From a bacterium (GTDB taxonomy: Bacteria > UBA10199 > 2-02-FULL-44-16 > JAAZCA01): a DNA stretch of 64,000 nucleotides. Numbering within the stretch: the stretch's first letter is position 1; every line of letters starts with the position of its first letter. Location of the stretch: NCBI GenBank assembly GCA_963674695.2, contig CAXXGI010000002.1, forward strand, positions 288,001 to 352,000, written 5' to 3'. A model generated the notes under the pieces. That model was not told where the DNA came from. It saw only the letters and a list, made by a program, of their open reading frames with translations, and made no database searches. The position numbers were made by a program, and so were the translations under genes. This document shows positions 30,502 through 41,251 of the stretch, piece after piece.

Positions 30502-32298
30502 TTGGTGGGGTTGCCAGATAACATTGCTTGTCCGTGTATGAGCGGAAGGGCTTACTTTGAATGCTGTAAAATGTCAGATCAAAACACCACCGCTCAATGC
30601 TTCACTGAGAGAATGGTTGTGCGAGTGTGTGGTCGGGATTTGTATTCCGGATCGCTGGGGATAAATGAGATAATTCAGATCCTGAAAACCATCCCCCTCA
30701 AGGCCGCTATCATAGAATTGTCATCCGCTGGAATATTATTAGCAAATTCAATCCCAAGTGACGGGACAACTGAAAAACTGACCCAACACTTCCTAGATGA
30801 TTATCAGCTTAAAAAGTTTAGGTCATTTGAGCGGCGGCATGAGGGTAAAATGGTCCTCATGTCAGAGCAGGGCGTGATGGTGCTTTTACAAATGGCAAGA
30901 ATTTATTGTGAACGCAATGCTGATCCAGGTTCAATTGGGATGTACCGAGCTAAAATGGGCCGCGCAATGCTTATAGTAAATGATCTACTGGCAAGGATTG
31001 ATGATTATGGTCAATTGCCAAATATAGCAGCCAGATTGAGTATTTTAAGAGGATTGACTCCTTTTTTGATGAGACAATCAATATTCATGGATTCAGATCA
31101 ACCACGCTATTCAATCCCTCGGTCTGTCCTGATATTTAGCAAAATGAACAAAATTGTAGCAAACACATTCAGTGTAGATGATGTCATTAGAAATGCGTGC
31201 GGATTTGATCTGAAAACATTTTTGGAAGCCGCATTCATCGTTAATGGTTACTGGCTCACTCAAACCTATGACAAGTGGGCTCCGCAACAGGTCATAATTA
31301 ATCCATCTACAGTTTTTTCTCTGATGGGAAACTCGGCGTCGAGGTATTCAAAAGCTCTTGATTATTTCACGCAGGATACGGTCGCTGACGCACCCACCTT
31401 GCCCCTAGAAGAAGACGTTGATGGTTGGAGGCGCTTTGTATATGGAGCTTATGACCTTCGTAAGCGACCCCTCTTGCGTCTTGATGATGGAGTTTATTGT
31501 GGTTCGCTGAAATTTACACAAGATCTCTACTGGCATGCTCCCTATTACCTCGTAATTGATAATAGCATCGACACCGAAAAAGACAGGTTTTTTCAGTTCT
31601 GTGGTGACTCGTTTGAGGAATATATATTTGCATTAACGCGTGATGCATTTGGTGAAAACTGCTCTCGGATTGAATTGGCGAGCGGCACACCATTTAATGA
31701 TGGAGTGATTAAGATAACTGATGATTGGCTGCTGATTATCGAGACAAAAGCAGCTAAGCCTACTCGAAATATGGCCTCGGGGAATACGCCTTTTCTTGAT
31801 ATGTCCGAGTTTGAGAACAAGATTCATTATGGCGCACAGCAGCTTGCAGATCGCATCACCGAATACAGGAGGGAGACGGGTTATAATGGGCGCATATCTC
31901 CATGCTTACTCACTATGGGGTCAATGCCTCTGAATTCAATGTTATGGGAACTTATTAACGATGGGATTCGAGATACCGGATTAGCCGCTGATCTCAGGAA
32001 TGATCTTTTATTAATATCTGATCCCGTAGGATGGGAAGTCTTCTGTTCTCTTGTGCGCGCTGGGGATTCAGCTGCAGACATTCTCAATCAGAGGCTTACC
32101 CAAACAAATTGGAAGACCGATAAATTCAAGGATTTTCTTTATTGTGTGCCTTGCCAATCCTCCGAGCCTCCTCATGAGGGGCTTTTGTCATTACATGAAG
32201 ATATCGTCGAGGATATTTGCAAAACGTTTAACCGAGGGACTTATAAAAGACGGTCCATTGGTGACGAATGGAGACAGATCTTTCCAACATTATCGTAA
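30502..32298 (+). CDS. AT-rich hypothetical protein: N-terminal SEC-C-like Zn motif and C-terminal PD-(D/E)xK-like motif
   Basis: CPCMSGRAYFECC; GDSFEEY...NDGVI...LIIETKA. Confidence 0.65.
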   Translation: MVGLPDNIACPCMSGRAYFECCKMSDQNTTAQCFTERMVVRVCGRDLYSGSLGINEIIQILKTIPLKAAIIELSSAGILLANSIPSDGTTEKLTQHFLDDYQLKKFRSFERRHEGKMVLMSEQGVMVLLQMARIYCERNADPGSIGMYRAKMGRAMLIVNDLLARIDDYGQLPNIAARLSILRGLTPFLMRQSIFMDSDQPRYSIPRSVLIFSKMNKIVANTFSVDDVIRNACGFDLKTFLEAAFIVNGYWLTQTYDKWAPQQVIINPSTVFSLMGNSASRYSKALDYFTQDTVADAPTLPLEEDVDGWRRFVYGAYDLRKRPLLRLDDGVYCGSLKFTQDLYWHAPYYLVIDNSIDTEKDRFFQFCGDSFEEYIFALTRDAFGENCSRIELASGTPFNDGVIKITDDWLLIIETKAAKPTRNMASGNTPFLDMSEFENKIHYGAQQLADRITEYRRETGYNGRISPCLLTMGSMPLNSMLWELINDGIRDTGLAADLRNDLLLISDPVGWEVFCSLVRAGDSAADILNQRLTQTNWKTDKFKDFLYCVPCQSSEPPHEGLLSLHEDIVEDICKTFNRGTYKRRSIGDEWRQIFPTLS

Positions 32299-32557
32299 AG
32301 TTGCTAAAACTTCGCACGATAAATGGTTTGTTTTCTGGTGTTTAAGCTCATGAATACAAATGCGTGGGACTGCCCTTTTTAACTCAAATTACGGGAGGCA
32401 AGGCGGTTAATAAGGGCTATTAAGGGCCAAGTCTGAGGTAAATATCACCATGATCTCCATATCTCAACTCTATATATATGGGATGGAGGTTGGTGTTTGG
32501 TTGTGAATTTGTCTAATCTGTCAGAAGAAGCAAGTGTAGGTGGCTGGCGGGGGTTAT

Positions 32558-33394
32558 TTATGGCTTGGCTGTATGTCCTTTGTATTCATCTAAGGTTTTG
32601 GGTAGTGCCATGATGATGTTATTCTTTTTATTCATCATGAGTATAATCGGTTGGTCGATCCAACTATTCACATCGTTATTCCATTCTTCGGTTGCCACAA
32701 GACCCATCTGAAGTCTAGTTGCTCCGTCAGCATCTTGAATTGCCAGATAACCATCATCAAGAGACGATTTCTTTAGTAACAATTTATTAACCTCCAGCTC
32801 CCCAAGCGTGAGCCTGTCAAATTTTTTAGAACTGATTAATTCATTCCCGGTTTGAAATTGAAGCAAGATTGCCCCAACAAGTAAGGTGAGTATTGCAGTG
32901 AAGACACTTGCTATCCATGTTCTGTTCCAGATCGGGTTTGGTCTTCCTCGTATGATTTGATCTATTTTGTTAATACGATTTTTGATTAATTCGCCCACGG
33001 GTATTTCAATTTCATGTCGCATTTCTGATTCCAACTGCTCATACAATGCATCGCCTATATTTATTCGGTCTATTTCTGCGCGACTTTTCATTGTTGCTTC
33101 ATGAAATTCATTATACCTATCGGAAAAGTATTTATCTAAAGGTTGCTCAAAAGAACTAATCGCTCTCTTGGCTGATCGGTTTGTAAGATAAGCTATATGT
33201 CTCTCTATGGAATCAAACATTGTTTCTAATGTTGCTTCCATTGTAACTCTATATGTCTTTCTTTCTTGCTTCCATCGATCCCCGCTACTTGCGAAACCGC
33301 GCTCATTGAGTTGTCCAGACACCATTTCATGCTTGGTGGTATATGACTGTTCAAATTTCATTTTAAGTTCTTGCAGGGCGAATTTAAGATCCAT
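32558..33394 (-). CDS. AT-rich hypothetical protein with a single TM helix
   Basis: 278-aa ORF; AGGAG RBS; helical N-terminal half; TM WIASVFTAILTLLVGAILL. Confidence 0.7.
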   Translation of the reverse strand: MDLKFALQELKMKFEQSYTTKHEMVSGQLNERGFASSGDRWKQERKTYRVTMEATLETMFDSIERHIAYLTNRSAKRAISSFEQPLDKYFSDRYNEFHEATMKSRAEIDRINIGDALYEQLESEMRHEIEIPVGELIKNRINKIDQIIRGRPNPIWNRTWIASVFTAILTLLVGAILLQFQTGNELISSKKFDRLTLGELEVNKLLLKKSSLDDGYLAIQDADGATRLQMGLVATEEWNNDVNSWIDQPIILMMNKKNNIIMALPKTLDEYKGHTAKP

Positions 33395-33528
33395 TTTATC
33401 TCCTTAGGGCCTACCCATCACAAAATAAATCCCAATACGCTAATCAACAAGACTCCTGTATCCCACTCCCATTTGAACTGCAATTGAATCGGTAAGGTCA
33501 GTTCCCCAATGATTTCGCCATCACTCGA

Positions 33529-33723
33529 TGATCGGTCGAGGAGCTGCCGACTGCGCCTTGCCGGGAATCGGCGGGGACCCATCGCAAGTGGACGGGCGGT
33601 GGAGACCTCAGCCTCAACTTCACCTTCGGTGAGGTTGAGGAATGAGGTGGGTTCGCCGCCCGTCCGCTGCGAAAGGGTCGCCGATGGAGGCAGAAGCGCA
33701 GTCGGCAGCTCCTCGACCGATCA
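33529..33723 (+). repeat. 195-bp long hairpin element
   Basis: Perfect 28-bp outer arms TGATCGGTCGAGGAGCTGCCGACTGCGC / GCGCAGTCGGCAGCTCCTCGACCGATCA; inner stems paired up to the apex CACC-TTC-GGTG. Confidence 0.9.
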
Positions 33724-33787
33724 CACGCTTTGCGCATGCCGGTGAACGATTGGTTGTGGCCGGCCGACTCGACGGGCTTTGCTCTCG

Positions 33788-36385
33788 TCAATCTTTCCAT
33801 TTCACATACTGCGGATAGATCTCGCGGAAGTCGGGGTCGGCGGGGACGAGGCGGGCGCTGACTTCTTGCAGGCCCGTGCCGGTGAGCGGGAAGGAGCCCA
33901 CGAACTTGGCCACGCCGTCGGGGTAGCGTTCGACGAACGGGAGGTCCACGGTCGAGACGCGGCGCTTGCCGTCGTCGTGGACATAGAAGGCCTCGGCGGC
34001 GAAGAGTTTTTCATCCGTGTCATCGAGGTAGATGTAGCACTCGATCTGCATCTGCTCGCCCGAGACCGGCATGCGCCCGCTCACGTTCGTGAAGAAATCG
34101 CGCACGGCGAGTTTGGGCCAGACCGCATCGATCGTCTTGCGATGCTCGGCCATCTGCCTGAGCAGTGCGCCGTTGTCATCGAGGATGCGCTCCTGCATCT
34201 GTCGCTCCGGGAGATAGAAGCGGGTGATATATTCGCGCACGGTGCGGTGCATGTTGAAGCCGCAACAGACCGTCTCGATCGAGTGCTTCATCATCTCCAC
34301 CCAGTCCTGCGGGAGGTCGCTCTCGGTGCGGCGATAATAGAGGTCGGAGATGTCGTGCTCCAGCAGTTCGTAGAGGCGCATCGCCTCCAGCTCGTCGATG
34401 ATCTCCTGTTGCGCACCGGCAACCCCCGCGTCGATCGCCCAGCCGTTTTTTTCGTCGTAGGCCTCGGGCCACCAGCCATCGAGGACGCTCAGGTTCAGCA
34501 CGCCGTTGATGCCGGCCTTCATGCCGGAGGTGCCGCTGGCCTCCATGGGCCGGCGCGGCGTGTTGAGCCAGACGTCCACGCCCTGCACGATGTGCCGCGC
34601 GATGTTGATGTCGTAGTCCTCCAGAAAGACGACGTTGTTTTCCACCGGATAGCGGTTGATGAACTCCACGATGCGCGCGATGAGCTCCTTGCCGATGCCA
34701 TCGGCCGGATGCGCCTTGCCGGCGAAGACGAGCTGCACCGGTTTTTCTTCGTTCAAGAGGATCGCGGCCAGGCGGTCGGGATCGCGCAGCAGGAGGTCGG
34801 CGCGCTTGTATTCGGCAAACCGACGCGCGAATCCGATCGTGAGCGAGTCGGGGTTGAGCACGGAGTCGACATCCTTGACCTTCGGCGTGCAGTAGCCGCG
34901 CACGCGCATCGTCTCTCCGATGCGGCGGCGGATGAAGGAGACGACCTGCTCCTTGCGCCGACGGTGCGCGTTCCAGATCTCGCCGTCGGGGATGGTGCGC
35001 ACCTTCTTCCAGATCTCATCGTCATCGGAGCGGTGCAGATAGTCCGGACCGATGTAGCGGTTGAAGAGTTCGGTCATCTGTAGGCTCAGCCAACTCTGCA
35101 GGTGCACGCCGTTGGTCACGCCCTCGATGGGGAGTTCGCGCTCATGCAGCATGGGGTAGAGGTCGCGCCACATCGAGCGCGAGACCTCGGCGTGGATGTC
35201 GGAGACGCCGTTGGAGCGGCGCGCGAATCGCAACGCCATCGCGGGCAGCCAGAACTCCTCGCGCTCTTCCGGCTTTGTCTCCCCCTTCGGCCGGGGCTTC
35301 GGCGCGGGCTTGGACTCCTTGAGATGACCCCAGGAGAGGAATTCGTCCATCGAGATTCCGAGTGCCTTGATGTCGTTGCTCAGGTATTCGGTGATCAGCT
35401 CCTCGGTAAAGTGTTCGTTGCCCGCGGCCACGGGCGTGTGTGTCGTGAAGACCGTGCTATAGCGGATGATGCTGCGCGCCTCGTCGAGCGAGTGCTTCTG
35501 CGACTGCATGAGTTCCAAGAGGCGCTCGAGAATCGAGAAGGCGGTGTGCCCCTCGTTGAGGTGATAGATGCGCGGCTTGATGCCCAACGCGCGCAGGGCG
35601 ATCACGCTGCCGCGTCCGAGCAACAGCTCCTGTTCCAGACGAGGGCGTCGGCCCGGAGCGTAGAGGGTGCTGGTGATCTCTCGATGCTCGGGTTTGTTCT
35701 GATGGATGTTCGTGTCCATGAGGTAGAGCGGCACGCGCCCGACCTGGATGCGCCAGATCTTCACCATGACGCGTTCGTTCTTCAGCGGCACTTCGATTAC
35801 GAGCGGCTGTCCGTTCGCATCGGTCACCTCCTGCACGGCGCTCATGTACCAGGTGTTCTCGCGATACTCCTCGATCTGCGCGCCTTCGGAGGTGATGTGT
35901 TGATTGAAGTAGCCGTAGCGATAGAGCAGGCCGAAGCTGACCATCGAGCAGCCCACGTCCGAGGCCGCCTTGAGCTGATCGCCGGCGAGTACCGCGAGCC
36001 CGCCCGAATAGACCGGAAGCGATTCGTGCAGTCCGTACTCGGCGCAGATATAGGCGACGACCTCGTCCTGGGAAAAGGATGTGTCGCCTTCTTCGGTGAT
36101 GGAGGACCCCTCGAAGTTCATGTAGCTCTGGAACCGCTCCGAGACGCGGTCGAGTTCATAGAGAAACCCCTTGTCGTCGGCGATCTCTTTGAGCCGTTCG
36201 GGGCTCAGCCGACAGAGCAGCTCCACCGGGTTGTGGTTGACGCGACGAAAGAGCGCGGGATCGAGGCGGTGAAAGAGCTGCGCGGCGTCCTTGTCCCAAC
36301 AGGTCCAGATATTGAAAGCCAGGTCGTGCAACGGCTTGAGCCGTTCGGGGATCATCGGTTTGATGAAGAAGGTGCGAATATCCAT
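33788..36385 (-). CDS. glgP: Alpha-glucan (glycogen/starch) phosphorylase
   Basis: [43 protein letters not shown] (PLP lysine). Confidence 0.95.
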   Translation of the reverse strand: MDIRTFFIKPMIPERLKPLHDLAFNIWTCWDKDAAQLFHRLDPALFRRVNHNPVELLCRLSPERLKEIADDKGFLYELDRVSERFQSYMNFEGSSITEEGDTSFSQDEVVAYICAEYGLHESLPVYSGGLAVLAGDQLKAASDVGCSMVSFGLLYRYGYFNQHITSEGAQIEEYRENTWYMSAVQEVTDANGQPLVIEVPLKNERVMVKIWRIQVGRVPLYLMDTNIHQNKPEHREITSTLYAPGRRPRLEQELLLGRGSVIALRALGIKPRIYHLNEGHTAFSILERLLELMQSQKHSLDEARSIIRYSTVFTTHTPVAAGNEHFTEELITEYLSNDIKALGISMDEFLSWGHLKESKPAPKPRPKGETKPEEREEFWLPAMALRFARRSNGVSDIHAEVSRSMWRDLYPMLHERELPIEGVTNGVHLQSWLSLQMTELFNRYIGPDYLHRSDDDEIWKKVRTIPDGEIWNAHRRRKEQVVSFIRRRIGETMRVRGYCTPKVKDVDSVLNPDSLTIGFARRFAEYKRADLLLRDPDRLAAILLNEEKPVQLVFAGKAHPADGIGKELIARIVEFINRYPVENNVVFLEDYDINIARHIVQGVDVWLNTPRRPMEASGTSGMKAGINGVLNLSVLDGWWPEAYDEKNGWAIDAGVAGAQQEIIDELEAMRLYELLEHDISDLYYRRTESDLPQDWVEMMKHSIETVCCGFNMHRTVREYITRFYLPERQMQERILDDNGALLRQMAEHRKTIDAVWPKLAVRDFFTNVSGRMPVSGEQMQIECYIYLDDTDEKLFAAEAFYVHDDGKRRVSTVDLPFVERYPDGVAKFVGSFPLTGTGLQEVSARLVPADPDFREIYPQYVKWKD

Positions 36386-36401
36386 GGTGTCCTCCCGGGG
36401 A

Positions 36402-37598
36402 TCAGTAGAGTTCATCCCGCAGATGTGCGAGCGCGTTCATGTAGAAGAGGTAGGCCTGTTCCGGCGATTGATACGGTGAAAAATACTTGTGCACGTCGCC
36501 GTCCTGAAAATATTTGGTGCACATATAATAGAAGTGATCCGAGGTCGACAGCCTGCGCGCGCGATCGAGCAGGTCGTCGCGGCCGCGTGTTTTGATCTCG
36601 CGCAGGATCTCATAGAAGGCCTCGCAGGCGTTGCGTTGCAGGTCGTTCTCCAGCCACGCGGAGAGGTCGCGCTCGGTATCCGCCCAGGAAACCGGCTCCG
36701 GATACGAGAGCACCTCCGGCTCATAGTTGGTCATGTGGAGCACATCGGAGGGCCAGGCAAACCCCATGTGCGGGCGCTGAAAAATCTTCTCCGGAAGATG
36801 GCGCATGAACTCGAAGATGCCGGTGTCGGCCCACTGGTGTTCGCCGAAGGTCTCGTAGTCCATGAAGAGGTTGAGGAAGAGGTTGCGATCATTGTGTTCG
36901 ATGAGCGAGAGCTTTTCCACCCACCCGGCGAACTTCTCGGCGGTCAGCGGAAATTCCGGCCAGGCCCGGTTGGAGAAGCGAAACGCGATGTCGTCGGCGA
37001 GGCTGTAGTATTTCAGCAGGAGCAGCATGTTGTGGTTCTGTGACCGATAGGTATAGAGCGGCGAGCGCCAGCCCAGGCGTTTCTCCACGCCTTCGGCCAG
37101 GATCACCTTGAAGCCGGCCTCCTCCCAGACGGTGTCGGCGATCTCGTCCTGATAGATCAGCTCCGTGTTGCGAAAGACCGTCGGCGTTGCACCGAACTCT
37201 TCCTGCATGAGCTTCTTGTGCATGCGCACCTGCGTGAGGAACTCTTCCTTGTCGTAGAGCGATGCCAACGAATGATAATAGGTCTCGCCCAGGAACTCGA
37301 CGCAGCCGGTGCGCGCCAAGGCCCGGAAGGAGTCGAGCACCTCGGGCTGGTAGGCGCGAAACTGTTCGATGGCCACGCCCGTGATGGAGAAGGCGACGCG
37401 GAAACGCCCTTCATAGCGTTCGGCCAGTTCCAGCAGGAGCTTGTTTGTGGGCAGGTAACATTTCTCGGCCACCTTCTGGATGACGGCGCGGTTGAGCCCA
37501 TCGTCGAAATAGTTGCCGCCGTCGCCCGCATCGAGCAGGCGCAGATGCTTGAGCCGGTAGGGCTGGTGGACCTGGAAGTAGAAGACTACGTGCAGCAT
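36402..37598 (-). CDS. GH57 family alpha-amylase
   Basis: HQP, ETYYHSL, FRNTEL, DYETFGEH, STSDHFYYM. Confidence 0.92.
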   Translation of the reverse strand: MLHVVFYFQVHQPYRLKHLRLLDAGDGGNYFDDGLNRAVIQKVAEKCYLPTNKLLLELAERYEGRFRVAFSITGVAIEQFRAYQPEVLDSFRALARTGCVEFLGETYYHSLASLYDKEEFLTQVRMHKKLMQEEFGATPTVFRNTELIYQDEIADTVWEEAGFKVILAEGVEKRLGWRSPLYTYRSQNHNMLLLLKYYSLADDIAFRFSNRAWPEFPLTAEKFAGWVEKLSLIEHNDRNLFLNLFMDYETFGEHQWADTGIFEFMRHLPEKIFQRPHMGFAWPSDVLHMTNYEPEVLSYPEPVSWADTERDLSAWLENDLQRNACEAFYEILREIKTRGRDDLLDRARRLSTSDHFYYMCTKYFQDGDVHKYFSPYQSPEQAYLFYMNALAHLRDELY

Positions 37599-38890
37599 AG
37601 CAGTTCCCGATAGGCCTCGTGTGTTTTTTCGGCGGCGCGATGCCATTCGATGGCCATGGCTTCCTGTTGGCCGGCCAGGGCGACGCGTTCGCGCTCTTCC
37701 GGATGTTCCAACAGGTGCACGATGGTGTCGGCCATCTCTTCGACATCCCAGAAGTTGATCTTGTAGGCGTTGGAGATCACCTCCGCCACGCCCGACTGTT
37801 TGGAGACGATCGCCACCGCGCCGGAAGCCATCGCCTCCAGCGGCACGATGCCGAACGGTTCGGAGATGGACGGCAGCATCAGGATGTCGGTCGTGGCCAA
37901 CAGCGCATCGACCTGATCGCGGTCCAAAAATCCCGTCGCGAGGAAGCGGTCTTTCAACCTGCGGGCGGCAGCGCCGTGCAGGATGCGCGAGAACATGTCG
38001 CCGCTGCCGGCCAGGACGAAGCGCACGCGTTCATGGCGCGCCAACACGCGTGCGGCGACATCGAGAAAGTAATCGGGTCCCTTTTGCAGCGTGACGCGTC
38101 CGAGCAGGAGCACGATCGGGTCGCGAAAAAGACGATGGCGCGCGCGCGGCTTTCCGGGGAGCGTGTGCGCATTGTGCACCACGCGCACCTTTTCCATCGG
38201 GATGCGATAGCGGTCGCAGATCATCTGCGCGGTATACTGGGAGACGGCGATGATCTGGTCGGCGGCCATGAGCCCCGCGTATTCGATCTTGTGAATGCGC
38301 TCATCCCCCGGCCCGCCCGCGCGGTCGAACTCGGTGGCGTGGATGTGGGCGATCAGCGGTTTTCCCAGGATGTGTTTCAGGATGATGCCGGCTGGATAGG
38401 TGAGCCAGTCGTGCGCATGGATCGCATCGCATTCGATCGCCGAGGCGAACTTCGCCGCTCGTGCGGCATAGGCGCGCACGCGTCGGAAGAGATCCTCCTC
38501 GCCGTTCATGTGGAGGGAGAGTTCTTCGATGCCCGGCAGCGGATGGGTCGTCGCACCCGTTTCGATCTGTGCGAGCACTCGTTCGAAGAGGGCGGGCGTG
38601 GTGTACGATTCCGGAAGCGTCATCAACCCCAGCTGCACCAGGCGTTGGCGCAGCTCGCCTTCGATCGTGGGCGCGCCCTGCGCCTGCCGGGTCGCATCGA
38701 GAAAGGCGGCCGGAAGCGAATCGGAATCGGCGGTCTGTCGCAGCGGAAAGAAGACCTCTTCGCTCGTCGGCAGGAGCATGTCGAGCTGGATGCCTATGTC
38801 CAGCAGGCCCTTGAACAGGCCATAGCAGGCCATGCCCAAGCCGCCCGAGATGAAGGGCGGAAATTCCCATGTGAGCATGAGGATCTTCAT
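37586..38890 (-). CDS. GT4 glycosyltransferase (glycogen cluster)
   Basis: WEFPPFISGGLG, HAHDWLT, HATEFDR, SEPFGIVPLE. Confidence 0.92.
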   Translation of the reverse strand: MKILMLTWEFPPFISGGLGMACYGLFKGLLDIGIQLDMLLPTSEEVFFPLRQTADSDSLPAAFLDATRQAQGAPTIEGELRQRLVQLGLMTLPESYTTPALFERVLAQIETGATTHPLPGIEELSLHMNGEEDLFRRVRAYAARAAKFASAIECDAIHAHDWLTYPAGIILKHILGKPLIAHIHATEFDRAGGPGDERIHKIEYAGLMAADQIIAVSQYTAQMICDRYRIPMEKVRVVHNAHTLPGKPRARHRLFRDPIVLLLGRVTLQKGPDYFLDVAARVLARHERVRFVLAGSGDMFSRILHGAAARRLKDRFLATGFLDRDQVDALLATTDILMLPSISEPFGIVPLEAMASGAVAIVSKQSGVAEVISNAYKINFWDVEEMADTIVHLLEHPEERERVALAGQQEAMAIEWHRAAEKTHEAYRELLCCT

Positions 38891-40905
38891 CAGGCGCCCT
38901 GTCCGTTCTGAGCATCCAGCAACAGGTGCTCGATCTCCAGCAGGGCGAAGACGCTCCAGGCCTGAGCGGGGCAGCCCTTGGGAAGCTTGGGGTCGATGCC
39001 GTCCCAGATCTCGGGGATCGAGGCCAGCTCGCCGCGCATCAGGTCGTTGCGCAGCGTCCAGGCGGTGCGCGTGGCTTCCTTGATCCAACCCTCATCCGAG
39101 CCGTTTTGCTTCAGGACCTTTCGCGCGAGCATCACATAGGGGAGCAGGAGGAAGGTCCAGACCGTCCCCTGATGATAGGCGAAATCGCGCTGTTTCTGCG
39201 AGCCGACATACTTCTGTTTGAAGGCCGGATTCGCCGGATCGAGGCTGCGCAGCCCATACGGCGTGAGGAGCTTTTCCCGCGCGGTGCGGAAGACGCGTGC
39301 GCAGACATCTGTATCCACGACGTCGAAGGGGAGCGAGAGCGCGATGACCGCATTGGGCCGAATCTCCCAGATGGGGCTGTCCCCTTCGATGCGATCGGCC
39401 AAAAAATTTTCACCCACGAAGGCGGAAAACGACTGGCGAACCTTCTCCGCATGGGCGGCGACGGTGGCGATGTCGCATCGCTGCGAATGGCATTCGAGTT
39501 CACCCACGCCCTGAATCTCGGCCATGGCGACCACCGCGCGCAGCGCGTTGTACCAGAGGGCGTTGATCTCCACGGGTTTGCCCCAACGCGGGGTGACGGG
39601 TTTGCCGTAGATCTTGGCGTCCATCCAGGTCAGCCCGTAGTCGCCCTGCTGGATCTCGATGAGACCGTCTTCGCTCGTGAAGAACGGGTGCCGATCGTCG
39701 AAGAGGTAGTGCAGCACCACGCGGCCGGCGGCGTTCAAGAGATCGCGATCGGTCGGTGCATATTCGAAGCAGCGCAGGGCGAACCAGAGCGGCGCGTCGA
39801 TGCTGTCGTAGTTGAGCCCCTCGCCCCCTTCGCCGAAGGTGTTCGGCAGCAGGCCATGCCGGAGTGCTTTGGCGTAGCGCTTCAGGAGCCCCACCCCTCG
39901 CTTCGTTCCGCCTTTCAGTCGGCGCAAACCCCCCAGACAGATGAGCGAGTCGCGCGCCCAGGCGCCGAACCAAGGATATCCGGCCAGGAGGTCCGAATCG
40001 GCGCCGAAAAAATCGCGCGCCGCAAACTCGAGGATCTGCAGGGCCTCGTTCTTTTCGAAGAGGATGGCATCGGTGTGCTTCGGCGTGGTCGTCGCCCCCG
40101 CACGTTTGGGGTGATCCGCCGGAAGCGGAAGCTTCGCATAGCGCTTCTGCGCCTGCTCAGCGATCTCGAAGGGGGCGTCGAGCGGTTCGGCCGAACAGAC
40201 AAACCGCACGCTCTCCTGCGGCGCGAGCGTGCACCGGATTCGGAAGGGGGCGATGAGATCCTCGGCGGCATCGTAGCCGCGCGCGGCCTCCAGCGGATAG
40301 AAGACGGAGCGATAGATGGCCTGGTCTTCCAAGATCTCTCCGTGCTCGATGTAGCCGCAGGCGCCGTATCCGTTATCGCTGCGACGCACGGTGAAAAAAC
40401 CATCGTTCGTTCCACGTTCCAGGCCCACCCGATCCCACGTGCCGGGGGTGTTCACCGCATGGTGATCGCGCAGCGTGAACTTCGGGCGCAGCGTCAGTTC
40501 GATCGGTTGTTCGCCCCGGTTGGTGTAGCGAACGACGACGACGTTTTTTCCTTCGGCCAGGAAGATCTCCTTGAAGACCACAAACCCGGGATTCGGGGGG
40601 AGGGTGGAGAAGAGGGCGCACGGATAGGGGCGCAGCCACGATTCCACGATGTGGGCCGCACCGTTCGGATGGATGCAGTTGAGGTAGTGGTTGCTGTCGA
40701 GGGGAAAGACGGTGCCGCCGGATTCGACCTGTTCTTCGATTGTGGCGAGCGTGTGCACCCGCTTGTGCTGATGGCGTTCGGCGATGAGCAGGCCGTCGTA
40801 TTTGCGCTTGTTGACCATGTTGCCAAAGCCGAGCGCATACGCGCCCGTGCCGTTGGTCAGGATCCACTCGCGGTCGGAGATGCAACCCAGCGCCGGGGCA
40901 TTCAT
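38890..40905 (-). CDS. Glycogen debranching enzyme (amylo-alpha-1,6-glucosidase, GH133-like)
   Basis: REWILTNGTG, AGYPWFGAWARD, TWMDAK, VEINALWYNA, YHQGTVW, GCPAQAWS. Confidence 0.92.
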   Translation of the reverse strand: MNAPALGCISDREWILTNGTGAYALGFGNMVNKRKYDGLLIAERHQHKRVHTLATIEEQVESGGTVFPLDSNHYLNCIHPNGAAHIVESWLRPYPCALFSTLPPNPGFVVFKEIFLAEGKNVVVVRYTNRGEQPIELTLRPKFTLRDHHAVNTPGTWDRVGLERGTNDGFFTVRRSDNGYGACGYIEHGEILEDQAIYRSVFYPLEAARGYDAAEDLIAPFRIRCTLAPQESVRFVCSAEPLDAPFEIAEQAQKRYAKLPLPADHPKRAGATTTPKHTDAILFEKNEALQILEFAARDFFGADSDLLAGYPWFGAWARDSLICLGGLRRLKGGTKRGVGLLKRYAKALRHGLLPNTFGEGGEGLNYDSIDAPLWFALRCFEYAPTDRDLLNAAGRVVLHYLFDDRHPFFTSEDGLIEIQQGDYGLTWMDAKIYGKPVTPRWGKPVEINALWYNALRAVVAMAEIQGVGELECHSQRCDIATVAAHAEKVRQSFSAFVGENFLADRIEGDSPIWEIRPNAVIALSLPFDVVDTDVCARVFRTAREKLLTPYGLRSLDPANPAFKQKYVGSQKQRDFAYHQGTVWTFLLLPYVMLARKVLKQNGSDEGWIKEATRTAWTLRNDLMRGELASIPEIWDGIDPKLPKGCPAQAWSVFALLEIEHLLLDAQNGQGA

Positions 40906-41013
40906 GAAACGATCCTTTCGGGATGGGAAATCCCTCCCTATCTATCAGCGCGCTGGGGTGGAGGCAATTCAAATGCGATTGCGGTATGCGATTTTTAAGG
41001 TGGTTTATCTGTG

Positions 41014-41166
41014 GGGCACTTCTAAAAACCCGGTTGTGACTGTCATCCCCGAATGGGGTAATCGGGGATCCAGTTCCGGACAGTCGTACACACAGGCACC
41101 TGGCTGGATTCCCGCTTTAAGCATGCGGGAATGACATGCGTAAAGAGCACGTTTTTTGAGGTGCCC
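41014..41166. mobile_element. MITE-like element with the same TIR family as 896-1025, carrying REP-like copy 3 (41041-41136)
   Basis: GGGCACTTCTAAAAAC ... GTTTTTTGAGGTGCCC flanking TGTCATCCCCG...GCGGGAATGACA. Confidence 0.7.
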
Positions 41167-41251
41167 TATTGCCAACGCGAACAAAAAACGATAGGAGCCT
41201 ACCCAGCATTTTGGCACATCATAATGGATCAGAACGATTGGGAGGGTTTCC

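Noticed and set aside
33529-33723. 195-bp hairpin as 6S or SRP RNA
   Set aside because: Length suits 6S, but there is no large central bubble and no SRP GGAA tetraloop motif.
41211-41228. TGGCAC upstream of the DUF2934-like gene as a sigma54 promoter
   Set aside because: No GC at the required -12 position.
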